Positions 41,701-55,529 of a stretch of 64,000 bases of DNA are shown one piece after another. Under the pieces are notes generated by a model. That model saw nothing but the letters and a program-made list of their open reading frames with translations, was not told where the DNA came from and did not search any database. The position numbers were made by a program, and so were the translations under genes. The stretch comes from Eledone cirrhosa (taxonomy: Eukaryota), in NCBI GenBank assembly GCA_964016885.1, contig OZ024745.1, positions 94,488,001 to 94,552,000 of the forward strand, given 5' to 3'. Within the stretch, counting starts at the first letter, position 1, and each line of letters opens with the position of its first letter.

Positions 41701-41885
41701 GTAGCATGGTGATAGCACCGAAAATACTTTGGTCGTGTTAGATTGTATTTTGTGATCTCTCACGTCTTTCTAGAATATAGTCAATGATGAAGATAATGTT
41801 TTCTGACCACCATGAGTGTGTTTTTATTTAATAAAAGTTTCTTGATTCACTATATCATATATTTTAAAGCTCACGTTACTATCAA

Positions 41886-43040
41886 CTAGCTGGCGTACCC
41901 AGCTTCGCTCGGGTAAACAGATGATAATAGAAGACAGGTAAAAGAGAAAATGACTGTATTGGATGTTTGTCTGGTTACAGTATGAGGCGAGTCCGTGGTG
42001 TCTGTGTGATACAGAAAACAGTAAAAAGAAATCTTCCAGATATACCAGATTCTTCATTGTACCGTTTGTGCATAGCATATGAACAATTCTAGGTGCTCCC
42101 ACCTAGAATAGTGACCTCTAGGAGATGGTTCATCTTCTGCCTGACTGTAAAACGTGTATCATTGCATAGCAGTGGTTGTTCCACGTTTCTCAAAAGGATG
42201 ATGAAGTTCCAATCTTTTATATTATATGTAGATTTAGACATAGATAATTAATATAAAAGATGATGCTCAGCCAGTTCGTCTTCAACCATCGCAGCACGCC
42301 GTCGCTGCTTGGCTCCAGTGTTTCGTTGGCGTTGTTCAGCCAGCTCCTCTTCATTCATGGCGGCACGTCTTCGCCTCTGAAGTTCGGCGTTCCGATGGCG
42401 CTGTTCGGCCCGTTTTTCTTCATTCCTGACTGCACGCAGTCACCGCTGTAGTTCACTGTTTGATAAAGTCGTATTGCTTTTATTATCAGTATTCGTTTCG
42501 AGCAATTGTCAAAAAAATGACACAATAATAAATATAAAAGATGTCCGTCATTACAAAAATGCTCCCTATTTACTCCCTGAACAACTCTGTGTATGTTAGA
42601 CTGACAGAGAGGCACACAAACAGATAAACTGCGTGGAGATTGTGGAACGCCCCACGTACACACACATACACGCATGGAAACGCACACACGCACGCAAACT
42701 TACACACGCACCCGTGCACTTACACACACTTACACACTCACACATGTTGATAGTTTTTATTTTCTGTGGAACACTGCACACACGCACACACACATAAACA
42801 TACGCGCACGTACATACACACGCGCACGTACATACACGCGCACACATGGTAATAGTTACAGCGTTCACTTTTCCTCTCTGTTTCTTACTCTCCCCTCTCG
42901 CTCCCTCGTTGACATTATGCGTATTAATTTAAGTTTGGCGTCGTTGAGGTGGGCGGAGTCGTTTGAAACCTATGAACCAATGATAATCGAGAATTATGAC
43001 ACACGGAATACTGACGTTGTTGAAATTAATATATATATAT
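41886..43040 (-). mobile_element. Non-autonomous Helitron
   Basis: The 3' end acccgagcgaagctgggt.acgccag-CTAG|t is a hairpin plus CTAG. An STPR-like repeat remnant (EQRHRNAELQRRRRAAMNEEELAEQRQRN) lies at about 42263-42430. Confidence 0.75.
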
Positions 43041-43175
43041 ATGTTAGTATAGGCACTCTAGTACATGTCCACCAACGCGTTGTTTTAATTTATCAGACCA
43101 CTCAATGATTTCTCAAAACATCCTACATCAGTTTTCATCAGGAGAGTTTAGACTAAGCTTCGGTAATAAAGTGTA

Positions 43176-43353
43176 TAATTGTTTCTACTTTTGGAACAAG
43201 GCCAGCAATTACCCAGTACATTACTGGTACTTTATTTTATCGACCCCGTAAGGATGAAAGGCAAAGTTAACCTCGACGGCATTTGAACTCAGATCGTAAA
43301 GGGACGTAACTATGCTGGAAAGCATGTCCGACTCTCTACCGATACTGCCAATT
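43176..43353 (-). mobile_element. S1 SINE
   Basis: S1 body. Confidence 0.9.
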
Positions 43354-44758
43354 AACCAAGTTCCCATCCAGGTACCAGCCATGAGTCGGTGAGTAGTCGG
43401 TCCTTTTGTCAACCACTTTATTCTTCTTAATGATATCTAAACACGCTCGGGGTTTTTGCTGTATTGACAAAATATCAGAATACTCCCGAGTGTATCACTG
43501 AAACAGAATCAGTCATTTATGTAATGGTGTTTTCTGTATACAGAACCAGGGTGACACAGTGAGTGACAATACAGGTTCTTTGAATTACAAACACTGTCCA
43601 TCTGACGCGATTCCACAGACGTCCATGGAAATAAGACAAATCTTCATGGAAAAGTCAATTACAGTAACATATTTCCTTGATACAACAGACAAAAGGCTTG
43701 AAGTCATTAAACCCGACTTTTATTGGAACTTAAATTTATCAACCATATAACTAAAAATGATATTCGAACTTAAATATTCGAAATATAAAACAACCGCAAG
43801 TCCATTACATCTAGGGAAGTGGTTTAGCTAGGTTAAAGGTAAACTAAAATTGAACTCCGCTCCTCCAAAACCCCCCAAACCAAAGCACAAACGATGAACA
43901 CAATTATGGAAAAAATACCTCTCGATGGTGATTATCTTGGAAAACTTAATAGTGAAAAGCGAGCCAATATAGTCGAAATCTGTAGATTAAAGGTAAAACA
44001 TGCAAAATCTAGCTATAAAAGCTAAATAAAATAATAAAACAAGAAGCTAACACCAACTACAGGTTATGTAAACTCATAAGGCTTGTGGAAATCGTGTACT
44101 GATATCACTTCATTTGTGTCTTGAAAATTCTTTGGATATGTAAAATGTTACACATAATTATTTATAACCCTCTCTATACGCTGTGGCTTCGAAAGAAATC
44201 AATACAAAAGCTTATTACAAGTACCTAAATTTAATATCTAAACTCAAGACATATCATCTTCACATGTGTGCTTTGATTGTATTTATTTAATTCGCCTTAT
44301 ACTGCCAATATCTTCTAGGTTGTTGAAGTTCTGAGATTCACATAATCTCTTTTCAACAATCATGTTAATCAGAAACCTGGCTCCAGTATGAGAAATCAAT
44401 ATAGAGCTGAAATACATCCCCAACTCCTCATAGCTTTATTCAAATAAATTCAATTATTTAAGAGGACGATGAATGCTTTTTAATGCTGTTTAGAATCGTT
44501 ACAGGACTTCAACGATGAAGCCTTAACAGTCTTCTATATATTACGATTAATGAAGTGTAAGCGAAATAAACCCAAAGTAAAATGAATTGGAAGTATTCAT
44601 AAAATATCACTGTCAAAAATAAAACACACCAGTTAGGAATATGATAACATGAAAACCACATTTCATACACATACACACACTCATCTATATATATACATAT
44701 ATATATACATATATATACATATATATACATATGTATATAATCATATATATATCTATAT

Positions 44759-44790
<32 letters not shown>

Positions 44791-45812
44791 GTATATATAC
44801 ATATATATGTATATATATACATACACACACACATATATATATGTATATATATATATACAAACATATATATATGTATAGTGTTATACTTGGGGAGGGTCAT
44901 ATATATACCTACACACAAATATATATGTACATATACACACTCACACACGCATACACAAACATATATACACAATATACACATATATATTTTAACACTAAAA
45001 CACTTTATCATGTTTCATTTGTAACCAGCCAGTTAAACTTTTTAAAATTAATTCTTCGAAAAGATATTTTCCACTTATTGTAGTTTTTATTATCTTTTAA
45101 TTAGATATTTGCTCTATTTATATCCATTCATTCAGATCAACACTCACGTTACATTAATATATAAATTTTTTCAAAATACATCATTGAAAATGGTTTCATA
45201 TTATAACAGTTCAGTCTCTTGTATCGTTTGATAGACACTACAAAAAAATGAAGCAAGAAGATTGCATTTCTTTGCTTGCAAATATTCTTTACGTACAAAT
45301 GTAAGTTTTCTTGCTGAATAGATAGATATGTTCCTAGAGCGAAGGGTTGTAGTGCAAGCTGTCATTGATTAGTTCCTTAATCATTTATCCGGATCTATCA
45401 GGCATGATATTGTATGGTATTGTATAGTATTGTATACTTAGAGAAAACGTTGATGACGACAACGACAACCATTTCTAAAGGTGATGTTGACTACGATGAG
45501 GATAATAATGATGATGATGTTGGAGGTGATGATGATAATAGAGATGATAAAGATAAAGACGATGATGATGATGAAAATAATAATGTCGATGCTAATGGTG
45601 ATAATTTATATCTATATGAAAGGTGATTGTGTGTAAATGACTGCTGCGATAGGAAAGTGTAAAATATATGTACAATGCATATCATAGATTCCTTTTCTAA
45701 CTGCAGCGTGTATTGGTGTAAATTGGGTTGTTTTGTATTCGTGTGTATGTACATCTGTATGTATGTATGTATGTATGTATGTATGTATGTATGTATGTAT
45801 GTATGTATGTAT

Positions 45813-46975
45813 GTTTTCTCTTTCTCTTAATTTTGAGTATATTTTTTTGACCGGCCACCTTCCTGGTGGCAAGGTTGTAAAAGAAAAGAAATTGTCATCC
45901 CTTGAATCGCAAGAATGTTTTGCAAATTTTGAAGGTGCCAGCTATCGCAGCCATTTGTAGACTATGAATTAGGGAGCTGCGCTTTTTGTTCGCAAATCCA
46001 AGTTCAGTCATACTTTGGTCCAAGCGGGTTGGTATATAACCCGTAGCACCAATAATGATGGGTATGAAGCTAAAGGTGTATCTTGGATACTGGATTTGTA
46101 AACTCCTCATCAATGGTCTGTAGATGTCCTCCTTCTCCTGTATTTTTCTGACAACGTTTACATCAAGTGGGCAGCTGATCTCCACAACAGAACACGTTTT
46201 CAATGTGTGGTCCCAAACTACAATATCAGGCCGGTTGTGCTTTAATTTGGTGGCAGTTTTTATTTTCAGGTTCCACCAGTATTCCTTAGTGCCATCTGTC
46301 TCAATATATTCTTCCTCGTTTGTTGTTAATTTTGTTTTCCGAAGTGCGTTCCAGATGGTTCTAGCTATCCCATCGTGTCTCATGGGGAGGTAGTAGCGAG
46401 ATGACATTCTTTCGCAGCTGGCAACAATATGGCTTACATCCTCGATCTTTGTTTTACATAGCCTACATTTATTGTCAGCTGCTGGCCCTCCTCTTTTGTG
46501 CAGCAGATATTTGGTAGGGAGTTCTTGTTCCTGTATTGCATAGAGATATCCCTCAAGGTGTGATGTCATAAACTTGTCGGAACTCCATGCCAGGCTTTTT
46601 GAGTGGTTTATCCTCTCTATTGTCTGTGTTTTACGTCTCAAGTATCCATGCACAACTTTTTCTGTAAATTGGTCAATTTTTTTTTCTTGTTTGAACATTG
46701 AATAGGATCTTCCGATTTCTCTGGGTGAGAGATTTATATCAGGCTTTATTCCATATCTCTCCTCCAGATCAGTCGCTATTCTAATGATATTTCTTTTTTC
46801 ATGGTCATAAACCTGGGTAAGATGGTTGCCAACCTTTTTCCCCTGTTGAAGGTGTTGCTTCAGTGTCACTATCCGGGTCTCATATGTTGTTAATATTGAT
46901 TTTAGACCCCGGCCACCTTCCTTGCGTGAGAAGTATAGCCTATCCACATCACCATTGATGTTAAAGTTCCCAGTA
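45813..46975 (-). mobile_element. Dong/R4 LINE, family B, 3' part (ORF 45895-46947 is open)
   Basis: DRLYFSRKEGGRGL, AIQEQ, CRLC..H..C, RHD, HNRPDIVVWD, EISCP; (CATA)n on both sides. Confidence 0.93.
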
Positions 46976-47049
46976 GTATGTATGTATGTATGTATGTATG
47001 TATGTATGTATGTATGTATGTATGTATGTATGTATGTATGTATGTATAG

Positions 47050-48502
47050 GTGTATGTTCTTCTGGTTTTATAATTTCACAAAGTTTTCCCAATAGAGAGA
47101 GCGTCGGTTCTAACATAGACACAAGACTCTCTCATTGGAATTTACACAACATCAACTAGGTAGATATGTATGTATGCATGCATGTGTAGATATGAATGTT
47201 ATTATATGTGTGGATGTGTATGTTTTGAGTTGTATGTGTGCATGTGTATATGCTTTGTATCTGTACATGTGTATATGCAGTTATTAGATGCAACATTTTT
47301 GGAATGTTTTACATATTTTTACTGTTCCATTAATGGATTGTACTTGTAGTTTCCTAACTAGTTGTGTTCTTTCTGTTCCTGTGAAGCCTAGCTTCTCAAG
47401 ATTTGTAGTGAGGCAGTTAATAAAATATCCCAGTGCCCCAATAATCACAGGCATAAATCTGAAGGTGTAATCAGAGTGGAGTATCTGCAGATTTCTCATC
47501 AGTTCTGCATAAATATTCTCCTTTTCACTAATCTTTGATATTATATTGGCATCTGCTGGGCAGCTAATTTCCACTACTGTGCATGTTTTCTTCTCCCTGT
47601 CCCATATCATCATATCTGGTCTGTTATGCCTGCATTTTATTGGGGTTTTTATTGGGACTCTTTCATATTATGTACATAGATGTCTTCCACGTTGTTGTAG
47701 CTTTTAATGTGTTTAATATCGGGGCTATCATTTTTACGAACTGCATTGTACAGTGTTTTGGCTACTACATCATACCTCATAGGTAGATAGTACCGCGATG
47801 ACATCTTTGGACAGCTGCTGATGACATGGGTGATATCCTCGATGTTAGTTCTACAGAGTCTGCACTTGTTATCACATCTAGGTGTTTTGCCTGTATCCCT
47901 ATCTCTTTTGTGAATCAGGTATTTCGTGCTAATCACCTGTTCTTGGATTGCAAAAGCGTATCCTTCAAAGTGGGAGCCAATATAGCGGTTGTTGGTCCAA
48001 GATAGACTACTTTCCTTATCTATATCACTCTCACTCTGGAGCTTCCTGGCAACATATCCATGCAATTTTCTTTTGCTGATAGGCATGCAGTTTTTCATCC
48101 ATGGATTCACTGCGATACTGCTGAGCGACATCCCTGGGTGTGAGTTTTTGATTATCACACAGGGAATATCTCTCAAGGAGTTCCTTTCCAACTCTCATGA
48201 TCTTATCTGTTTCATGCAGATAGATTTGCTCGAGAAACCTGCTCCTACGCTTCGAGGTTCGTAGATGTTGTCGGAGAGATATGATGCGACATTCAAATAT
48301 TGTTTGGACTGATGTTAGGCCTCTGCCTCCCTGCTTACGTTTCAAGTAAAGGCGGTCTGTGTCACTGTTAATGTGGAAGTTTACTGTGTTGTTCAGTATT
48401 TTTCGAGTTCCAACATCAACTGCTCGGATTTCGTCTATCGTCCAATTGAGTATTCTAAACCTTGGTGTTAGGACAGGCACAGCAAACACATTGTGAGCCA
48501 CT
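47050..48502 (-). mobile_element. Dong/R4 LINE, family A copy 2
   Basis: Near-identical to 36445-37886; (CATA)n on both sides. Confidence 0.93.
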
Positions 48503-48844
48503 GTATGTATGTATGTATGTATGTATGTATGTATGTATGTATGTATGTATGTATGTATGTATGTATGTATGTATGCATGTATGTATGTGTGTTCCTATAT
48601 GATCTTAAGCGCACCATCGCTTTTGACCACCAAAATGTAATAATTTCCTGAGTATCTTTGCTAGACATAATTCTCCTCATAACTATATATAGATATATAT
48701 TAGTGGGAAAACCCGGAGGGTTGTATCCAAAGATGGATAAGCACTCAGTTCAAAGGACAAGTTCGGTATGAAGTTAGTTGCACAACAAATTAGCAAACAA
48801 TTTGTGGAAACCATTTGTGGAACTCCCTGTGAGAGAGGGAGAGA

Positions 48845-48933
<89 letters not shown>

Positions 48934-49233
48934 TTCTACAGGATTAGAATTGTTTCATTCGCATGAAGTTGGTTTCATACAAATGAAATAGTAAGCCAAA
49001 GAAAAGATACAAAGAATCTTTAAAATCAAATTTGAAATGTCTTGAATTATGTTACGAAAGTCTGGTATCACATGTAGCAGATAGGAAAGAATGGCGAACT
49101 GCAATTTGTGACAGTGTTAAATATTTTGAAGGTGACAGAATTCAGCATGCTAAAACGAAAAGAAAAGTTAGTAAAAATGAGATTAATAGCAATAGCGTTG
49201 GGATATGATTCTCATTATTACTTTAAATGTTAA

Positions 49234-49423
49234 AGGCGGTGGATTGGCAGTATCGGTAGAGGGTCGGACGCCATGCTTTCCAGCATAGTTACGTCCCTTT
49301 ACGATCTGAGTTCAAATCCCGCCGAGGTTGAGTTTGCCTTTCATCCTTAAGGGGTCGATAAAATAAAGTACCAGTAATGCACTGGGTAATTGCTGTCCTT
49401 GTGCCAAAAGTAGAAACAATTAT
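49234..49423 (+). mobile_element. S1 SINE with TSD
   Basis: ctttaaatgtt at 49221-49231 and 49426-49436. Confidence 0.92.
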
Positions 49424-50067
49424 TTCTTTAAATGTTCCTTATGCAAAAAATATGCATATTTCACACTGAGATCGTACCAGCACACCATGTGGGCAAGGCA
49501 AACATGAATTATTGGAATTTCATTCTGAATGGCCAGTTTCAATGCTGTTTGTCAAAACATCTGAAAGTCACTGGGAAGATTGAAGCAGCACATGAATGTT
49601 TATAATACATTAGCGGAAATGGAGCCAATGCTAAAATGAGGCTTTGCTGCAATATTTTCAGTCAGATCTTCATTTGCTTATCAGGGATCAAACGACATTT
49701 AAGATCTCACGTAAGGAAAGCAGAAATTATAGGTACAAAAAGATGTCAAGTTCTGCAAGGAGCAGACAACCATTGAGACCTAGAAAGATGATGGGCTCCG
49801 CCAGATTTAAAGGGCTCAATACATTTTATATGTCACAACGGTACGCCTGCGACTCCATTATTGTTTGAGTAAGTTAAGATAACAGGAATACTTATTGCTT
49901 TAAATAAACATATACCCGGAATCTTTGTAGTCGTTAATTTAATTACTATTTAAAAGATCAATTGAATACGTACCATCCCCTGTATGTTGCGGGGTCTCTG
50001 TTATATTTTCATACACATTAACCTTCTGAGAAGTGGTAACCCATGTAATTTACAGTTGTGTAAATCC

Positions 50068-51350
50068 GCCTAGCATCAATCCAGACAACATTTGAATCTC
50101 GCATCATATCTCTCCGACAACATCTACGAAACTCGAAGCGTAGGAGCCCGCTTCTCGAGCAAGTATATCTGCATGAAACAGATAAGATCATGAGAGTTGG
50201 GAAGGAACTCCTTGAGAGATATTCCCTGTGTGATAATCAAAAACTCACACACAGGGATGTCGCTCAGCAGTATCGCAGAGAATCCATGGATGGAAAACTG
50301 CATGCTTATCAGCAAAAATCATGCATGGATATGTTGCCAGGAAGCTCCAGAGTGAGAGTGATATAGATAAGGAAAGTAGTCTATCTTGGACCAACAACCG
50401 CTATATTGGCTCCCACTTTGCAGGATACGCTTTTGCAATCCAGGAACAGGAGATTAGCACGAAATACCTGATTCACTAAAGAGATAGGGATGCAGGCAAA
50501 ACACCTAGATGTGATAACAAGTGCAGACTCTGCAGAACTAACATCGAGGATATCACCCATGTCATCAGCAACTGTCCAAATATGTCATCGCGGTACTATC
50601 TACCTATGAGGCATGATGTAGTGGCCAAAACACTGTACAATGCAGTTCGTAAAAAAGATAGCCCCGATAATAAAGACATTAAAAACTACAACAATGTGGA
50701 AGACAACGATGTACATAATATGAAAGAGTACTGGTGGAATGTTCCAGTAAAAACCCCAATAAAATGCAGGCATAACAGACCAGATATTATGATATGGGAC
50801 AGGGAAAAGAAAACATGCACAGTAGTGGAAATTAGCTACCCAGCAGATGCCAATATAATATCAAAGATTAGTGAAAAGGAGATTATTTATGCAGAACTGA
50901 TGAGAAATCTGCAGATACTCCACCCTGATTACACCTTCAGATTTATGCCTGTGATTATTGGGGCACTGGGATATGTTAGTAACTGCCTCAATACAAATCT
51001 TGAGAAGCTAGGCTTCACAGGAACAGAAAGAACACAACTAGTTAGGAAACTACAAGTACAATCCATTAATGGAACAGTAAAAATATGTAAAACATTCCAA
51101 AAAAGTTGCATCTAATAACTGCATATACACATGTACAGATACAAAGCATATACACATGCACACATACAAATCAAAACATACACATCCACACATACAATAA
51201 CATCCATATCTACACATGCATGCATACATACATATCTACCTAGTTGATATTGTGTAAATTCCAATGAGAGAGTCTTGTATTTATGTTAGAAACCGACTCT
51301 CTCTCTATTGGTAAAACTTTGTGAAATTATAAAACCAGAAGAACATACAT
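50068..51350 (+). mobile_element. Dong/R4 LINE, family A copy 3
   Basis: ORF 50582-51115 contains RHD..HNRPDIMIWD..; same 3' UTR as the other copies, ending in cataca. Confidence 0.93.
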
Positions 51351-51873
51351 ACACCTATACATAGACATCCATACATGCAGGTTTACACACATTCGCAAAA
51401 AGCATATTTATATACATGAACACTATATGATAAAAAGGAATTTAGAAATTATAAGTTTAATTAAACATATATCTATATTATAAAGCTGACGTCTGTAACA
51501 AACCTTTTGTCAAACGGCTGGACCAAACAGCACCAAATTTGCACCATAGATGTAACTTTTTCCAAGTAAGAAAGTGAGGGTATTTTTGTTTTCTAACTTT
51601 CGTTAAAATATTAAAGATTAACATTTTCAAATGTCAACACTTACGGTTATACGACATTTCTCTCTTTTTCTTAGTCTGTCTTTTTAGATAGATACATAGC
51701 TATAACGTCGCGCCCTTATAATATGTCTCTGTATGTCTGGCTGTCTGCATGAGATACATAGCTATAACGTCGCACGCTTATAATATCTGTTTGTCTGGCT
51801 GCCTGTCTGCATTGACTTCGCTTCTAACCAACTTTTAATTAATTCAGTGCAAAGATACCGCACGCCCTCCCAA

Positions 51874-51913
<40 letters not shown>

Positions 51914-52533
51914 GTAATAATAATAATGTGAAGACTAAAATCCAAAGAGGCTCGATAAGGATAAATATATATCAAATATATAAGAACCCTAGAGCAAATA
52001 TTGTTCTCATTGCTGACGTATTATCTTCGCTTTTTCCCATTCATTGCCAGGGAACGTCTCCACGAACCAAAGTATCGTCTTCCTGTTTTCCTTCGGTTGC
52101 AACGTTTTTCGAAATATTTACTTCTGCGTTCACAGATTGATTTTTTTTAGTTTCAGAAAATCCTGTTAAGGGTGAAAGCAGCGATTCTTTGCTTAAACTT
52201 TAATCTGTTATTTTAATATATATATATATAGATTTTGAGTTTATGTTGGTTGTATACCAACACCTCAGTATGCAGGCTGGAGCACTCGACGAAGTGCGCA
52301 GGTTGGTTTGGTTACTCCGGATTATTGTAAAATAAAGTTAAATAAAAGTCAAATGATTAAAATTTAGCTTCGTTTATTACTGCTATATATATTTCAGTGA
52401 CAGCCATCTTTGGCTGTGACCTCTTCAGTTCCTCAGTGAATTAACAACCCAACAAGGAACTGGGCATATCAGAGTATTGACAATATTATACACCTAAACA
52501 ACATGTGTACTTGTCTATACCATACTAATTCAA

Positions 52534-52588
52534 ACTGCCTGAAGAGGTCACAGCCAAAGATGGCTGTCACTGAAATATATATAGCAGT
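52534..52588 (+). ncRNA. Type I hammerhead, family F9; inverted copy on - at 52379-52428 lacks the 5' strand of stem I
   Basis: actgc-CTGAAGA-ggtcacagcc(aaagat)ggctgtcact-GAAA-tatata-TA-gcagt. Confidence 0.87.
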
Positions 52589-52797
52589 AATAAACGAAGG
52601 TAAATTTTAATCATTTGACTTTTATTTAACTTTATTATATATATATATATATATATATACGTTATTCCGGGTTGAATCGGAGGTAACCACAGTAAGTAAG
52701 GTACTCAATACATAGCAGAGTATAAAAGTTTTAATATAGATGAGATTCTACAGGACTAGAACTGTTTCATTCATTAGAAATCATCAGAAATCATCAG

Positions 52798-52850
52798 GAG
52801 ATTCCTGATGATTTCTAATGAATGAAACAGTTCTAGTCCTGTAGAATCTC
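52798..52850 (+). ncRNA. Type I hammerhead with a monomeric stem III, family F10; inverted copy at 52734-52787
   Basis: gagattc-CTGATGA-t-ttc(taat)gaa-t-GAAA-cag(ttctagtc)ctg-TA-gaatctc. Confidence 0.85.
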
Positions 52851-53451
52851 ATCTATATATATATATATATATATATAGATATAGATATACATATATATAT
52901 ATATAAACTTAATTATATATTCGTGTACATATATTTTTGCAGCATCAGGAAAGCACAGGCGGCTTATCGTCATTGTTACTGCCGATATGCGACCACAAAA
53001 ATCCCAGCCTGGCCGCAAGATCAGATTCCCCAGAAGAAAAAATGTTACTAGAACAACAGAGAGACTAAGCTTCGCGATTACCATCAACAAAGCTCCGGGT
53101 CAAACCCTAAAAGTGGCTGGCCTTCATCTGGGAAAAACTATGCTTTTCCCATGGTCAATTGTATGTAGGATGCTCTAGGGAGCTTGCCAAACAATCTCTT
53201 CATATTTGCTCCCGAGGGCCGAATAAAAAATATTGTATACTCTGAGGCTCTAACAATGTAATTTATGTATTTTCTGTTACTTTGAATTTCCATTATGGTT
53301 GTACAAATCTGGTTGATCAGTGGATATGCTTATATGAAGATCTGACTGATCAGCCAGTCTGCTAATATGCAAATCTGTCCGATCAGTCACTGTATATTTT
53401 AGAAAATATATATTTTCACTAGCTCTGACAGTTTGGCAGGTAAACAGTGAA

Positions 53452-53495
53452 CTGTACTGATGAAGGGTGATACCCAGAAACATTAGTGTCTGCAG
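53452..53495 (+). ncRNA. Type I hammerhead, family F11, with a GUC site
   Basis: ctgta-CTGATGA-a-ggg(tgata)ccc-a-GAAA-ca(ttag)tg-TC-tgcag. Confidence 0.82.
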
Positions 53496-53660
53496 GTCTG
53501 TTTTATATGCCAACACAGATCAAGAATGAGGGGCTCATTCTACTGGCATGGCTTTAAAAAATGAGGCTGTTTGCATAATTGCAAACGAATCGAATCTTAT
53601 TATTAATATTCGAAAAACTCAGATTAAATTTATTGTATTCAGCCATGTAGAGCGAAAATG

Positions 53661-53697
<37 letters not shown>

Positions 53698-53699
<2 letters not shown>

Positions 53700-55493
53700 A
53701 GCTACATTTATCTTGCTTTATGTTCATACGAGTTATCACCAGGTCACAACCAGTGACCTCAATAGACAACAAGGTCCGCCATGTTCAAGAAAGAACATAC
53801 ATACACACACATGCATCTTTAGTGTTTAGACTTGTGATGTACTTATATTGACAGAATCTTCCTTAGTATATTGGCAGTTCCCATTAGTATTATCTTTTGT
53901 ATTTCTCCTATACTCGAGTTTCCTGGGATTTGCGATAAGTAATCATTAGACCCCTTAGGTATCATTCCCAGAGCACCTACAACCACTGGTATTGTTTTAG
54001 TTCTCAATTTCCACATTTTTCCAATTTCTATCTCCAGGTCCTTATACTTGCTCAATTTTTCAAATGTTTTTATAGATACATTCTTGTCTATTGGAACGGA
54101 CATATCAATTAGCAGGCATACCCTTTTTTAAAGTCCTTCAGTATTATATCAGGTCTATTTGCATCTATTTTTCAGTCTGTTTGGATGCTAAAGTTCCAGA
54201 AGATTGAGATGTGATCTTTTTCAAGTATGGGAGGTGGTTGATGCTCCCACCAATTCTTTTAATGGGGCAGGTCAAAATGCTTGCACATTAGCCAATGTAT
54301 GTATTGTGCAGCTCTGTCATGCCTGTTTAGGTATTCGGTTGGAGCTATAGGACTGCACATTGAAATTATATGATCAATTGTCTCTGGTTGTTTTTTACAT
54401 ACACGGCATAATGGGTTGCATCCATTTTTTATTATGTTGGCTTGGTAATTTTTTGTTGGCAGACACTGATCTTGTGCTGATATAATCAGTCCTTCAGTCT
54501 CCGATTTCAGTCCAGAGGATGCCAACCACTGATGGTTTAAAGTTTTGTCAACATCAGGATTGTTAGTTCTTTTTGGGTATTTTCCATACAGAGGCTTTTC
54601 TTGCCATTTCTCAGCCAGTTTCTGTAGCAGTTCTTTCTTTGCAGTTATTTTTACCTGCTTTGCTTTTTCTGTTTTCCATTTCAGCAGTAAATGGGACTTC
54701 TGAAATGTGTAGTCCATTACTGTATCTTTGTGCATCTTTTGTAATGGAGTATGATTTTTTGATGCTTTCGTGTTTCAAAACGAGTTTGATCATCCAATCA
54801 TGTGATTCCCTTAAATATGTAGATAATCCAATTGTTGCAGTTTTCAACGCAATATCTAACTGGATTAAGCCACGTCCTCCTTCTTTCCTAAGGAGATATA
54901 TTCTATCTGTACCTGCCTAAGGGTGATGCATTCTGTGCATGGTTCAGCATTTTCTAATTTTTGTATCGAGCCTACGGATCTCTGTGCTTGACCAGTTGAT
55001 GACATTGTAACTGTAGGTTACTACTGGTATGGCAAGCGTGTTTATGGCATCGATCCTATTCATTGTATTCAATTCCATTCTTAAGATTGCTCTTACTCTG
55101 CGGTAACATCCCTTCCTTATCGTTTCCCTCATTGTCGAGTGCTTGATTCCGTCTCCTTCACAAACACCTAGATATTTGTAAGTTTCCTCTTGATCAAGTT
55201 CTCTTATCACATTCCTCCGATTAAGATTAATGTCTGAACTTTTCAGCAGCTTTACTCTGGTGAAAGTTGCTTTGTCGCATTTATCTAGTCCAAACTCCAT
55301 TTTAATGTCATCACTGAACTGCTCCACATTGGATAATAGTACTTGCAATTGTTCATAATTTTTTGCAAATAGTTTCAGGTTATTCATGTAGAACATGTGA
55401 TTAATCGTTTTGTCATAGACTTTATATCCATGTTTTGTTTCATTGACTATTTTACTTAATGGTATAAGTGCGATGCAGAATAAAAGCGGTGAT
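53698..55493 (-). mobile_element. Dong/R4 LINE, family C, flanked by (AAT)n
   Basis: LSPLLFCIAL, YKYLG, LKSETEGLIISAQDQ, CRVC..H..C, RHD, KLSKYKDL. Confidence 0.92.
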
Positions 55494-55495
55494 AA

Positions 55496-55528
<33 letters not shown>

Positions 55529-55529
<1 letters not shown>

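Larger units (their letters stand above)
51472..53300 (+). mobile_element. Non-autonomous Helitron carrying nested HHR palindromes
   Basis: The 5' end TCtatattataaagctgac..ggctggaccaaa is shared with the copy at 60676. A Pif1 helicase C-terminal remnant RLSFAITINKAPGQTL..HGQLYVGCSR lies at about 53062-53255. Confidence 0.8.

Noticed and set aside
43090-43150. Minus-strand CTGATGA-aaac..gttt-tga-GAAA
   Set aside because: Spacing is off and stem I does not pair; at best a decayed HHR
43541-43750. Possible host exon after ttttctgtatacag
   Set aside because: No recognisable protein similarity or partner exons; cannot be supported without RNA data
45414-45626. Asp-rich ORF
   Set aside because: Degenerate (GAT)n low-complexity tract
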